A DNA stretch of 64,000 nt. Source: a virus. Shown here in pieces: positions 1-7,987 of the stretch. Under the pieces are notes generated by a model. The model saw only the letters and a list, made by a program, of their open reading frames with translations, was not told where the DNA came from and did not search any database. Numbering within the stretch: position 1 is the stretch's first letter; every line of letters starts with the position of its first letter. Location: IMG/VR virus record IMGVR_UViG_2889482124_000004, positions 989 to 64,988 of that record. The stretch is one strand, 5' to 3'. A program made the translations under genes and the position numbers.

Positions 1-532
1 GAGGCTGAACAGACCGCTCGCTGAGCGGCTCGCAATGACTGAATGGATGCAAATTGTGTAGTTCACATCCGCCTTGGCCTAGCTGCATGTTGCAGTGCAC
101 AATAAAAGGCCTTGGAGAAGTTTCAACGAATAGCAAATAGCGGTCAATACTATTTATTGCGTTCTATATATGATATTTGGCATTTGAAAAACACAGTATT
201 TGCATGCACTGCCAAAAATTGAAATTCCAATTGCTTGATTTTTAAGAGCAATTCAAAAACACGACCAAACAAAAGAATCTTAAAGTAACAAAAAAATCAT
301 TTTGTAATTTTCATCAAAAAGACATCCGAATTGGCTTCGCAACAACAGATGTAAAAGCTATATCGTGATGCCTGCTTATATCAAAAGGCATCTACAAGAT
401 CCGCCAGCAAGGTATCACATGGGTATGCCCAGCTCGATATACTTGCCCCACTTCTGCCTGTGGCGCGCACCGACTGTTTGCCCAGCCTCGCACAGTGCGC
501 TCCGTCCATTGATTTCTTTCTCCTCTTATCAT

Positions 533-722
533 CCTAGCTACCATGCCCATCTCCCTTGCCAGCTGGAAGATAGATTCAAGAATCATAGTGACTCAGTATG
601 TCTCAAGAATTTGGCTAAGTGTATGATGTGATTGAAATTTGCGTTTCATGCTGTCTCGCAATGCTTCATAAAGACTCACACACTATTGGTAGCTAAGGTG
701 GTAGCTAAGCCTCCTAGCTACC
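533..722. repeat. Integrase arm-type sites of the att region
   Basis: TGGTAGCTAAG direct repeat at 687-697 and 699-709; inverted copies CCTAGCTACC(A) at 533-543 and 713-722, directly upstream of int. Confidence 0.7.
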
Positions 723-746
723 TTTATCGCGGCTTACAGAGGTGTT

Positions 747-2024
747 ATGGCAAAACTCAGCCACGTTCTTTCAGACCTTCAGATACGGCGTTGGATCGCA
801 AAAGGCGATCCTATTGCACGCTCGGATGGCGATGGGTTGACCTTCACTTTATCTATTAAGGGCACTGCAGCCTGGGTGCTTCGCTTCAGTGTGCCGGGAG
901 GCCGGCGCCGAGAACTTACACTTGGCAACTATCCTGATATCTCACTCGCAGCAGCACGCGAACTTTCCCGCGAAAAGCGTGCCCAGATTGACCGAGGCAT
1001 AGATCCCGCTGCAATCAAGCAGCAAGATAAAGCGCGAGCGGCCCAAGCATGGACGATGCGCGATCTGGTTGATGACTTCCGGGCTAAAGTTCTAAATAGT
1101 AGGAACTACTCTGCCTCGACTATCGAAAGCCGCGAGCACGACTATGCAAACGTTATTCTTCCTGCATTTGGGTCGTGGCGTGTAGACACAGTCACAAGCA
1201 TAGACATTGTGAATATGCTGAGGAATGCCAAGCGCACTTGGAACATAACCAAGCGCCTATTAACTAGTATGTCCATGCTGCTTGATCACGCATGCGGCAT
1301 CACCCTCATTGCCGCGAACCCCTGCACAGGAATCAAGATCACATCAATCATGGGAGCACGCCCAAAGCCTCGCACCAGAATGATGCTCACAACTGATGAG
1401 ATCTCTACGTTGTTGCGCGGCATCGATGACCTGGGCAAAGAGAACGCGCTGGCATTTAGAATTTTGCTTGCAACATGTGTGCGTGGCTACGAGCTAGTAA
1501 GTGCCAAGAAAGAGCACATAGACCTAGAAAATGGAAATTGGTGGGTTCCTGCAGAAAACGTCAAGACGCGCTCTGGATTTATGGTGCCTCTGGCCCCCTT
1601 GGTCATCGAATGGTTCCAGGAGCTTATTGCACTTTCCGGAGACTCGGTTTGGCTGCTCCCGTCGCGACGGGCTGATCGCATTAAGAAGTTTGGCGACGTA
1701 AACATCTGTCGCTCTACTCTATGGGCCGCATTTAATAGGGCGTTCAAGAGGGGGGACATTGATATTCGCCGCTTCACGCCTCACGACACAAGATCCACAG
1801 CGAAGGGGCATTTGCGCAATATAGGGGTTAGTCGTGAAATATCTGAAATCGCCTTGAACCACACCCTGAAGGGGATGGAAGGCATCTACGATGTAAGAAC
1901 GGAGATTCCCGAGCGACGTATTGCTATGGCTAAGTGGGCGGAGTTTTTGTATGCCTGTGAGCATGGAACAACGACTCCAGAGCCGCCAAAACGAGAAACA
2001 CCGCGCCTTCGCTTAGTAGCATGA
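747..2024 (+). CDS. int: Tyrosine recombinase/integrase, P4-like with N-terminal arm-binding (DUF4102) domain
   Basis: SDGDGL...LGNYPDISLAAAR N-terminus; catalytic R (TCVR), HDTR and LNH...Y motifs. Confidence 0.95.
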   Translation: MAKLSHVLSDLQIRRWIAKGDPIARSDGDGLTFTLSIKGTAAWVLRFSVPGGRRRELTLGNYPDISLAAARELSREKRAQIDRGIDPAAIKQQDKARAAQAWTMRDLVDDFRAKVLNSRNYSASTIESREHDYANVILPAFGSWRVDTVTSIDIVNMLRNAKRTWNITKRLLTSMSMLLDHACGITLIAANPCTGIKITSIMGARPKPRTRMMLTTDEISTLLRGIDDLGKENALAFRILLATCVRGYELVSAKKEHIDLENGNWWVPAENVKTRSGFMVPLAPLVIEWFQELIALSGDSVWLLPSRRADRIKKFGDVNICRSTLWAAFNRAFKRGDIDIRRFTPHDTRSTAKGHLRNIGVSREISEIALNHTLKGMEGIYDVRTEIPERRIAMAKWAEFLYACEHGTTTPEPPKRETPRLRLVA

Positions 2025-2150
2025 GCCACCAGATCGATTGCTACCGTCAAATCAATCACGCGAGTCGCGGCTCAAAGGACATATCTTCAGAGGGCTTTAA
2101 GTTCTGAAATTCGGCCAATCGTGACCAAATACTGCGCACTTTCGAAAAAG

Positions 2151-2177
2151 AAAAACCCGCAATTCGCGGGCTTTTTT
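2151..2177. terminator. Bidirectional intrinsic terminator between int and the convergent late operon
   Basis: AAAAA-CCCGC-aattc-GCGGG-cTTTTTT. Confidence 0.8.
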
Positions 2178-2198
2178 GAAGTCATATGAACAGATCTG

Positions 2199-2486
2199 TC
2201 ACGTCGATGGAATCAAACTCCATTGCGGCTGTGTCACCAAACGCTTCGCGCGGCGCTGGCCCAGGTCGTGCCGCTGGCGTGATGTAAGTCCGGGACGTGG
2301 AGTGGGCAACTTATGCAGCACCAGCTTAGGCGTGGCAAATAACTTCAAGCCATCGATCAGCCAGCCAGTGATTGCCGAAGAAACGACAATGCGGGCACGG
2401 TCGACCACATCAAATCCAGCAGATACAGCGCCAGCGCCAGCGAGGCAAGCAACAACTGCGATAGAGAAAAGGCGGTTGGTACGCAT
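2199..2486 (-). CDS. Hypothetical phage protein with a hydrophobic N-terminus
   Basis: AGGAG RBS upstream; last gene of the late operon. Confidence 0.65.
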   Translation of the reverse strand: MRTNRLFSIAVVACLAGAGAVSAGFDVVDRARIVVSSAITGWLIDGLKLFATPKLVLHKLPTPRPGLTSRQRHDLGQRRAKRLVTQPQWSLIPST

Positions 2487-2551
2487 ATCGAACTCCTAAT
2501 TGGTGGTGCAGCGGCTCACTGCGGAATCCCTGGCCATGGCGGGCAAACGGG

Positions 2552-2992
2552 TTACTCGATTCCCAGCAGCGCTTTGGCGGCAGCCTGGTCTGCAGCTTGC
2601 AGCAATTGGCGGCCAAAAGCGCCAGCGTCGCTGATGTTTGCGGCTGCAGGTTGGTAATTACCAGCTTTGGCAGTGGTACCAGATGTGCCTAATGCGAGGC
2701 TCGATGTGCCTGCACCAATGGCTGTGCGGGCAGCTACAGCATTCGCGGACAGCATCAAGGCCTTGCCTGTTTCAGTGGCATCGGTGATGTCGTTAACGAC
2801 GATTGTTACGGGGCCAGATCCGCCCCCACCTTCGGCCACGCCCTTGGTCACCGCCTGGTAAATTGTGCCGTTGTCTGGCTCCAGCATGACCGGCGCCCCC
2901 AATGGCTGCCAGCCGTCTGCGATCAATCGTCCAATCAGGGTTTCTGCATCCCCTAATGGGGCCTTCACTACTTTGTAGTCGGTGATTGCCAT
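2552..2992 (-). CDS. DUF1737-like domain fused to a fibre-type repeat (possible head fibre)
   Basis: Y..V....LIADGWQPLG...YQAV N-domain, GGGGS linker, two I(T/S)DA...G+ALL.A....AA+..IG repeats. Confidence 0.7.
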   Translation of the reverse strand: MAITDYKVVKAPLGDAETLIGRLIADGWQPLGAPVMLEPDNGTIYQAVTKGVAEGGGGSGPVTIVVNDITDATETGKALMLSANAVAARTAIGAGTSSLALGTSGTTAKAGNYQPAAANISDAGAFGRQLLQAADQAAAKALLGIE

Positions 2993-3011
2993 TTTTTACT
3001 CCTTGATTTGG

Positions 3012-3470
3012 TTAGAAATTGGCAATGCGATCGCCAAGAATTTCCGAGTAAGTACGCATGGCTACACCCTGACTCAACAAGCGAGATTGCTCGGATTCAG
3101 GCAGGCTATTGAAGATCGGCGTTGAGTAGAAGGCGGCCAGCTTCTCGCGGCGCTCATCGAGTTCACGTTTCTCATCGAGCACACGCTGCTGGTGGGCTGG
3201 TACTGTGCAACCGACCACTTGCCAGTCATCGGCCAAGGTGTCATTGATGCTCGGCGCCCAGGTGCTAACTGTCTCGTCTACGTTCTTGAGGGCAAGGTAG
3301 GCCGCATAGGGCACCATCGCGCCCTCGCCAAAATGTTCCTTGGCCGCGCCGGTCTGCACCGGGTAGCTGGCGGCTGGCACCAGATAGATGAACAGGCCTT
3401 TGCCGTTCCAGCCAGTGCGTTGCAGGCGCTTGCCTAGTTTCAGTTCCTTGATGGCGTCACCGAAGTTCAT
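3012..3470 (-). CDS. Tad2-like (DUF2829) domain fused to a crAss001_48/Sequestin-like helical domain; putative anti-Thoeris sponge
   Basis: MNFGDAI..LK.GK...R.GWNGKG...W.PS..D.LA.DW followed by HQQRV..E..EL..R..KL..F.....F..L...EQ..L..Q...M..Y..IL..RI..F. Confidence 0.75.
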   Translation of the reverse strand: MNFGDAIKELKLGKRLQRTGWNGKGLFIYLVPAASYPVQTGAAKEHFGEGAMVPYAAYLALKNVDETVSTWAPSINDTLADDWQVVGCTVPAHQQRVLDEKRELDERREKLAAFYSTPIFNSLPESEQSRLLSQGVAMRTYSEILGDRIANF

Positions 3471-3961
3471 TGAAATTTCTCCTTGGTTTGGGGAATCACT
3501 GGCCAGGCTGCGCGGCAGGTTGCTGCATCAGCTGCGTGTCCATCAGCTTTTTCTGCCAGCGCTGTGTATTCGCTGCTGCACTCTCCGAGTAGCTGGTTTG
3601 TGGTGCTGGCGTACTCAATGAGGGTGGCGGCGGAAGCGTCGGCAAGTCGCTGCTCGGCATCGGTGAGTTGCTTGCGCAGGCTGTAAGACTCACGGCGAGC
3701 GCGAGTAGCGTCAGCCTGCAAGGCGGCTTGTTTGGCGATTGCATCGTTCAGGACCTCTTGGTAATTGGCGGCCACGTCAGCGCTGGCTTTGGCCACACGA
3801 GCATTGGCCGCAGCTCGCTCGATGGTGGCTTGGTGGCGGTACTTGCTTGATTGCAGGCGCTCGTCCGCCAGATCCGCCCCCAGCCGCGCAGATTGGAAGA
3901 GCCAAACCAGCACACCGGCAAGAGTGGCGGCGGCAATGTGGGTTACGGTGGATAAGCTCAC
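3467..3961 (-). CDS. Rz-like inner-membrane spanin
   Basis: N-terminal TM helix, Ala-rich coiled coil, C-terminal Cys; follows the endolysin. Confidence 0.8.
   Translation of the reverse strand: MSLSTVTHIAAATLAGVLVWLFQSARLGADLADERLQSSKYRHQATIERAAANARVAKASADVAANYQEVLNDAIAKQAALQADATRARRESYSLRKQLTDAEQRLADASAATLIEYASTTNQLLGECSSEYTALAEKADGHAADAATCRAAWPVIPQTKEKFQ
3496..3744 (-). CDS. Rz1-like outer-membrane spanin lipoprotein embedded in Rz
   Basis: Alternative frame inside Rz; LLALAVSLTA-C lipobox and Pro-rich mature region. Confidence 0.8.
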   Translation of the reverse strand: MQSPNKPPCRLTLLALAVSLTACASNSPMPSSDLPTLPPPPSLSTPAPQTSYSESAAANTQRWQKKLMDTQLMQQPAAQPGQ

Positions 3962-3963
3962 GC

Positions 3964-4581
3964 CTACACTCCAGCGACGGATTCATTGCAGCGCGACAAC
4001 GGCACATTACCCAGACGGTGATCGACCCAGCCGACCATGAAGCTGGAATTGGCAACGCCTTTGGCTAGTGCTGAGTAGTGGGCGGCCTGGTAGCCATCGA
4101 GCAGCTTGAGAGTCAGCTCGCAGGCCTTTACCCGTCCCCGTCGTTTCTCTAAGGCCTGGTAGGCCAGCATGGTGCGCGAGCCAATTGCGCCATCGACCAC
4201 CACGGGCGCGTAATCGCGGCCGCCTCGGCTCAAGTCATTGAGAGATTGCTGAAACCAGCGCGCAGCCCTAGCTGGACCGGCATTGACACCGATGTCCGTC
4301 AGCTTCGTGCCCACGGCAGGTGAAAGCGCCAGCACCAGATCAAACTTCGGTTTCTTGATGTAGGACTCGGCATAGATTTCCTGTGCTTTTTCCACACTCA
4401 AATCCGCCATGGCTCCGGTGAAACCGTGGTCTCGGGCGACCGCCACGGTAATACCGTGATTTGTCTCGCCGCCTGAGTCATTTGGATCGTTGGAGTAGCC
4501 ACCCTCAATTGCCACCACACCAGCAATTACGGCCGCGATTAAAACGCTGAGACTGCCCCAGTTTTTGTTTTTTTCGCTCAT
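3964..4581 (-). CDS. Endolysin, glycoside hydrolase family 108 with a probable N-terminal signal anchor
   Basis: EGGYSNDPNDSGGETNHGIT motif, VDGAIG.RT and F..GW...R; start moved to ATG 4581 (GGAG RBS). Confidence 0.9.
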   Translation of the reverse strand: MSEKNKNWGSLSVLIAAVIAGVVAIEGGYSNDPNDSGGETNHGITVAVARDHGFTGAMADLSVEKAQEIYAESYIKKPKFDLVLALSPAVGTKLTDIGVNAGPARAARWFQQSLNDLSRGGRDYAPVVVDGAIGSRTMLAYQALEKRRGRVKACELTLKLLDGYQAAHYSALAKGVANSSFMVGWVDHRLGNVPLSRCNESVAGV

Positions 4582-4916
4582 TCTCGTGTCTCCAGGCCGC
4601 AAAGGTCGGTATCCGAAACGGCTGCAGGGGCGCGCGCCATTGCGGCCAGACGCTCACGATCAGCACGGCGCTCCTGGGTGCGCACGTAGTCTCGGCGCCA
4701 CTTCCAAATCAGATAAAAGGCCTGCAAGGCAATAAAAGCAATTGAGGCCAGCACCAGCCATTCGCTCAGCGGCAGCCCCCAGGCCTTGGTCACGCCAGTG
4801 GCAGCAGCGGCAGGACTTGCCTGCCAAGCGGCATTAGCAAGGTCTTGCTTCTGCTCAGCAGTCAGGTGCTGGTGGATGCCAATGAGCGCAAGGAATGCGG
4901 CTAGAACTTTTTTCAT
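4578..4916 (-). CDS. Holin (T7 gp17.5-like TM segment)
   Basis: GLPLSEW...IAFIALQ..YLIWKWRR hydrophobic helix with basic tail; directly upstream of the endolysin. Confidence 0.75.
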   Translation of the reverse strand: MKKVLAAFLALIGIHQHLTAEQKQDLANAAWQASPAAAATGVTKAWGLPLSEWLVLASIAFIALQAFYLIWKWRRDYVRTQERRADRERLAAMARAPAAVSDTDLCGLETRE

Positions 4917-4922
4917 AGCCGC

Positions 4923-4963
4923 AGTGTCGCGGCCATTGGCTTTTTATCTAAACCCTATGCAGG
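4923..4963 (-). promoter_or_regulatory. Late promoter copy 1 (lysis operon)
   Basis: Minus strand CCTGCATAGGGTTT (4963-4950)-N21-GACACT (4928-4923)-N6-ATG 4916. Confidence 0.75.
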
Positions 4964-4964
4964 G

Positions 4965-6836
4965 TCAGCGCTCATAGCTGTATGAGTCGGTGCGGCCCCA
5001 AGAGCCAGACTGCGATCCAGAACCCGAGACGCCAGCAGAGATATTCACTGCAGACAATGCGCCAGCAGCCAGCTGAGCCGTGAACTGGCCCACTGCCCTT
5101 GCCGCCTCCATGGCCAACTGCGCTGTTTGCACTGCATGCTGTGCCTTGACGTTGTACTCGCTGATTTGCGCCTCAGTGAATGCAATATTTGTGCGGGCCT
5201 GCAGGTCATACAGTCGCTGGTTCATTTCAGCCTGCGACACGTTGACTGCAGCGCCAGCGCGCCACCCTTCCGTTTCTGCACCAAATGCCTGCACCTCATA
5301 CGCGGCCTGGCGCAGCATGGCATCCACTTTGGTGCGCCACATTTCCGCATCGGCTTGGTATTCGGCCAGTAGGACACGAGCGCCCTCCATCTGCAGCTGC
5401 TTGCCTTTGATCTTGATGTCGGCCTTATTCGATATGGCCTGCACCGTAGTGGCCCAGGCGCGCGATTGGGCTTCAAACATCCCCGCTTTAGCCGTCTCGC
5501 CCTTCACTTGTGAGTCGTAGGCATCGAACTTCACCTTTTCAGCACCCACGCGCTCGGCATAGGCCTGCACGTCAGCTCGGTAGCCTTGAAATTGGGCCTG
5601 GATCACATCGGCCTTGACTTTGGCGCCATCCATCATGGCCTTGAATGTCTCAACGGCCTGCTGCACGGCGATGTACTTGGCTTTGAACATCTCCACCTCA
5701 TTGCTGTTGTGGGCCTGCGCGGCCTGGGCGCGCGTTTTCCAAACCTCTAGTGTGGCCAGCGCCCGATCTAGTCGCATGCGGAATGCATCACGCATCGCAG
5801 AGAAGGCCTGCACCCTGGCATTGAATAAGCCGACCTGGGCGTTAAACACCATTATTTGTGCCTCAGCACCAAACTTCGCCACCTCAAAAAGCCGTTTGGT
5901 TGTGTTCTCAAAGACGTTCTGCACCAGCGTTTCCAATGCAATGCCGCGCTCGACTGCAAAACGGATGTTGTCGATCTCCCATTTGGTGGCCTCAATCAGC
6001 ACGTCGCGGTTGTGCTCGCCCGCCTGGCCACGGCCCTGCTCTTTGACCACGTTCACTTGCTTGGCCAACATGCCCGGCGGCATTGAAAACCCGCGTGAGG
6101 CCCATGTAGACACCGCTTCGTCTACGGCGCGGCGCGTCTCAGCGGTCACGCGGTCGCGGGCGCGGTTGAAAAGCGCATCCTCTACGTGGGCAGGCAAACC
6201 GGTACCGCCTTGCATATGCCGTTTGACCCATGCCTGTAGGTCGTCCAGCAGCTCGCTTTCATAGACTGGCTCTGCCCAGTTGATGAACACATTGGGCACA
6301 GCAAAATCAACACTTGGCGCCACGCCGTTGAAGTCCTCCAGCAAAGGAAAATCAAAATCTGGGATGTCCTTGAGGGCGCCTATTTGCGGCAAGTCATAGA
6401 CCGGTGCGCCAGGCAGTGTCACGTCGGTGTCGATTACTGGCCTTGTGGGCGGTACCGGCAAGTTCATGGCTGGTGAGTTCGGAATCGTCAGCGTTGGCTG
6501 AACCGGTGCCGCTGGAATTGCATCCATGGCAATGGAGTCAAGGTCGGACAGAAGACCGTCGATAGTGGGGCTTTGGGGCACATTGGGCAGATCAATAGCG
6601 CGCGGTGTGAAAGTGGGTTGCGGTCGCAGGTCCACACCCATGTCAGGGGGGGTTGGAAACACAGGCTTGACCGGTGCTGGAACAGCGCCCACTCGAATTC
6701 CGCCCAAGTCATTGAGGGCTTCACGCAGCGCAGAGGACCAATCAACCAGGTTGGAGTTCATCAGCGCGCGCTGATCTTCAACCACGTTCATAGCCATGCC
6801 CATGGCGGCCAGTTCGGGATATTGGGATGCCATCAA
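4965..6836 (-). CDS. Virion/tail-associated protein (Pro-rich N-half, long coiled coil)
   Basis: 623-aa ORF overlapping the upstream gene in the tail cluster. Confidence 0.7.
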   Translation of the reverse strand: MMASQYPELAAMGMAMNVVEDQRALMNSNLVDWSSALREALNDLGGIRVGAVPAPVKPVFPTPPDMGVDLRPQPTFTPRAIDLPNVPQSPTIDGLLSDLDSIAMDAIPAAPVQPTLTIPNSPAMNLPVPPTRPVIDTDVTLPGAPVYDLPQIGALKDIPDFDFPLLEDFNGVAPSVDFAVPNVFINWAEPVYESELLDDLQAWVKRHMQGGTGLPAHVEDALFNRARDRVTAETRRAVDEAVSTWASRGFSMPPGMLAKQVNVVKEQGRGQAGEHNRDVLIEATKWEIDNIRFAVERGIALETLVQNVFENTTKRLFEVAKFGAEAQIMVFNAQVGLFNARVQAFSAMRDAFRMRLDRALATLEVWKTRAQAAQAHNSNEVEMFKAKYIAVQQAVETFKAMMDGAKVKADVIQAQFQGYRADVQAYAERVGAEKVKFDAYDSQVKGETAKAGMFEAQSRAWATTVQAISNKADIKIKGKQLQMEGARVLLAEYQADAEMWRTKVDAMLRQAAYEVQAFGAETEGWRAGAAVNVSQAEMNQRLYDLQARTNIAFTEAQISEYNVKAQHAVQTAQLAMEAARAVGQFTAQLAAGALSAVNISAGVSGSGSQSGSWGRTDSYSYER

Positions 6837-7987
6837 ATTCTCCTTTTGGTTGCATCGGCGGTCACGTACAGATCATTGATATGCGCACGCTCGCCATTCA
6901 GGCGCAGATCAAACGTGAAATGCCGCCCGCGCAGACCGCGCCCAAAGATGAAGCGGCCATTGGTCAGATGTGCAGCGGGCTCGCCCGCTAGCGGGTACGT
7001 CCACGACTGAGCTTGGGCACCGCTCTGCGTTTGGGTTACGGTCATGTTCGCGGTACCGCTCAACTCGTACTCCATAAATGCTTGGGTGGGGTGCACCAGC
7101 ATGCCCCGCCCAACATCCATTTTTCCGGTCGTCAATCGCGCATCGATGACTTCACCGCCACCGGCCAAGGCCCATACCCCACCATCGCCGGATGCAAAAG
7201 CCTGGCCATCGCAGACCACAATCGAGTCAAACGGATAGCGGTCGTAGCGCGACATCGCCCAGCCAGTCGTGTGCGCGGTCCATGCATAGCCTTGTGGAGC
7301 TTCCCCTATAGACCGCCACATGTCACGCGCATAAGCTGTTTCAGTCAGTCGCAAAGTGGCGCCGCTCACACCCCAAATCACATCCCGTGCTTTTGCGGAT
7401 TCAGTCAGACGGATGGTGATTGCCGCGTTACCTTGAATGTGGTCTTTGGCTATCGTCTTTTCCGTGATGCGTATCAACACTCCAGACAAACCGCGCCAAT
7501 GCTCATTGGCTCTTGCTGACTCGGTGATGTACGCTGTGACAGCACTGGCAAATGTGCCTTTTGACCGGGTTCGCTCCGTTGTGGCCGCGCCAATGCCCAG
7601 GCGCATCTGGCTGGATGCTTTTGCTGATTCGGTGATACGCGCTACTGGCGTGCCCTTAAATTGGCCCGATGCTTTCGCAGACTCCACAATCGCCAAACCA
7701 CGCGTGCCAGTAAACGCCCCTGACGACTTGGTACGCTCCGTAATGCCCAGCGACAGGTCACGCATGCCAGCAAAAATGCCACGCGATACGGCCCGCTCAA
7801 TCATCGGCGTGGCCACAACACCGGCAAATTGCCCTGATGAAATGGCGCGTTCAACCACCCTAATGCCAGGAGTGCCAGTAAAGGTCGCAGCAGAGCGCGT
7901 CGTCTCTGTTTGCCGTTGGCTTATACCCGTGCGCCAAACATCGTTGGATACCGTTATTTCGGTGACATATTCGTGCGCATCACTCAT
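6833..7987 (-). CDS. Tail-associated protein with 18-20-aa ITE.A.AS repeats
   Basis: About ten tandem (I/L)TE(S/R)A(K/R)(A/S) units. Confidence 0.7.
   Translation of the reverse strand: MSDAHEYVTEITVSNDVWRTGISQRQTETTRSAATFTGTPGIRVVERAISSGQFAGVVATPMIERAVSRGIFAGMRDLSLGITERTKSSGAFTGTRGLAIVESAKASGQFKGTPVARITESAKASSQMRLGIGAATTERTRSKGTFASAVTAYITESARANEHWRGLSGVLIRITEKTIAKDHIQGNAAITIRLTESAKARDVIWGVSGATLRLTETAYARDMWRSIGEAPQGYAWTAHTTGWAMSRYDRYPFDSIVVCDGQAFASGDGGVWALAGGGEVIDARLTTGKMDVGRGMLVHPTQAFMEYELSGTANMTVTQTQSGAQAQSWTYPLAGEPAAHLTNGRFIFGRGLRGRHFTFDLRLNGERAHINDLYVTADATKRRI

Noticed and set aside
330-586. Short ORFs and hairpins left of the att arm as a tRNA, riboswitch or dusA-type target
   Set aside because: No recognisable consensus; the resemblance is too weak to call
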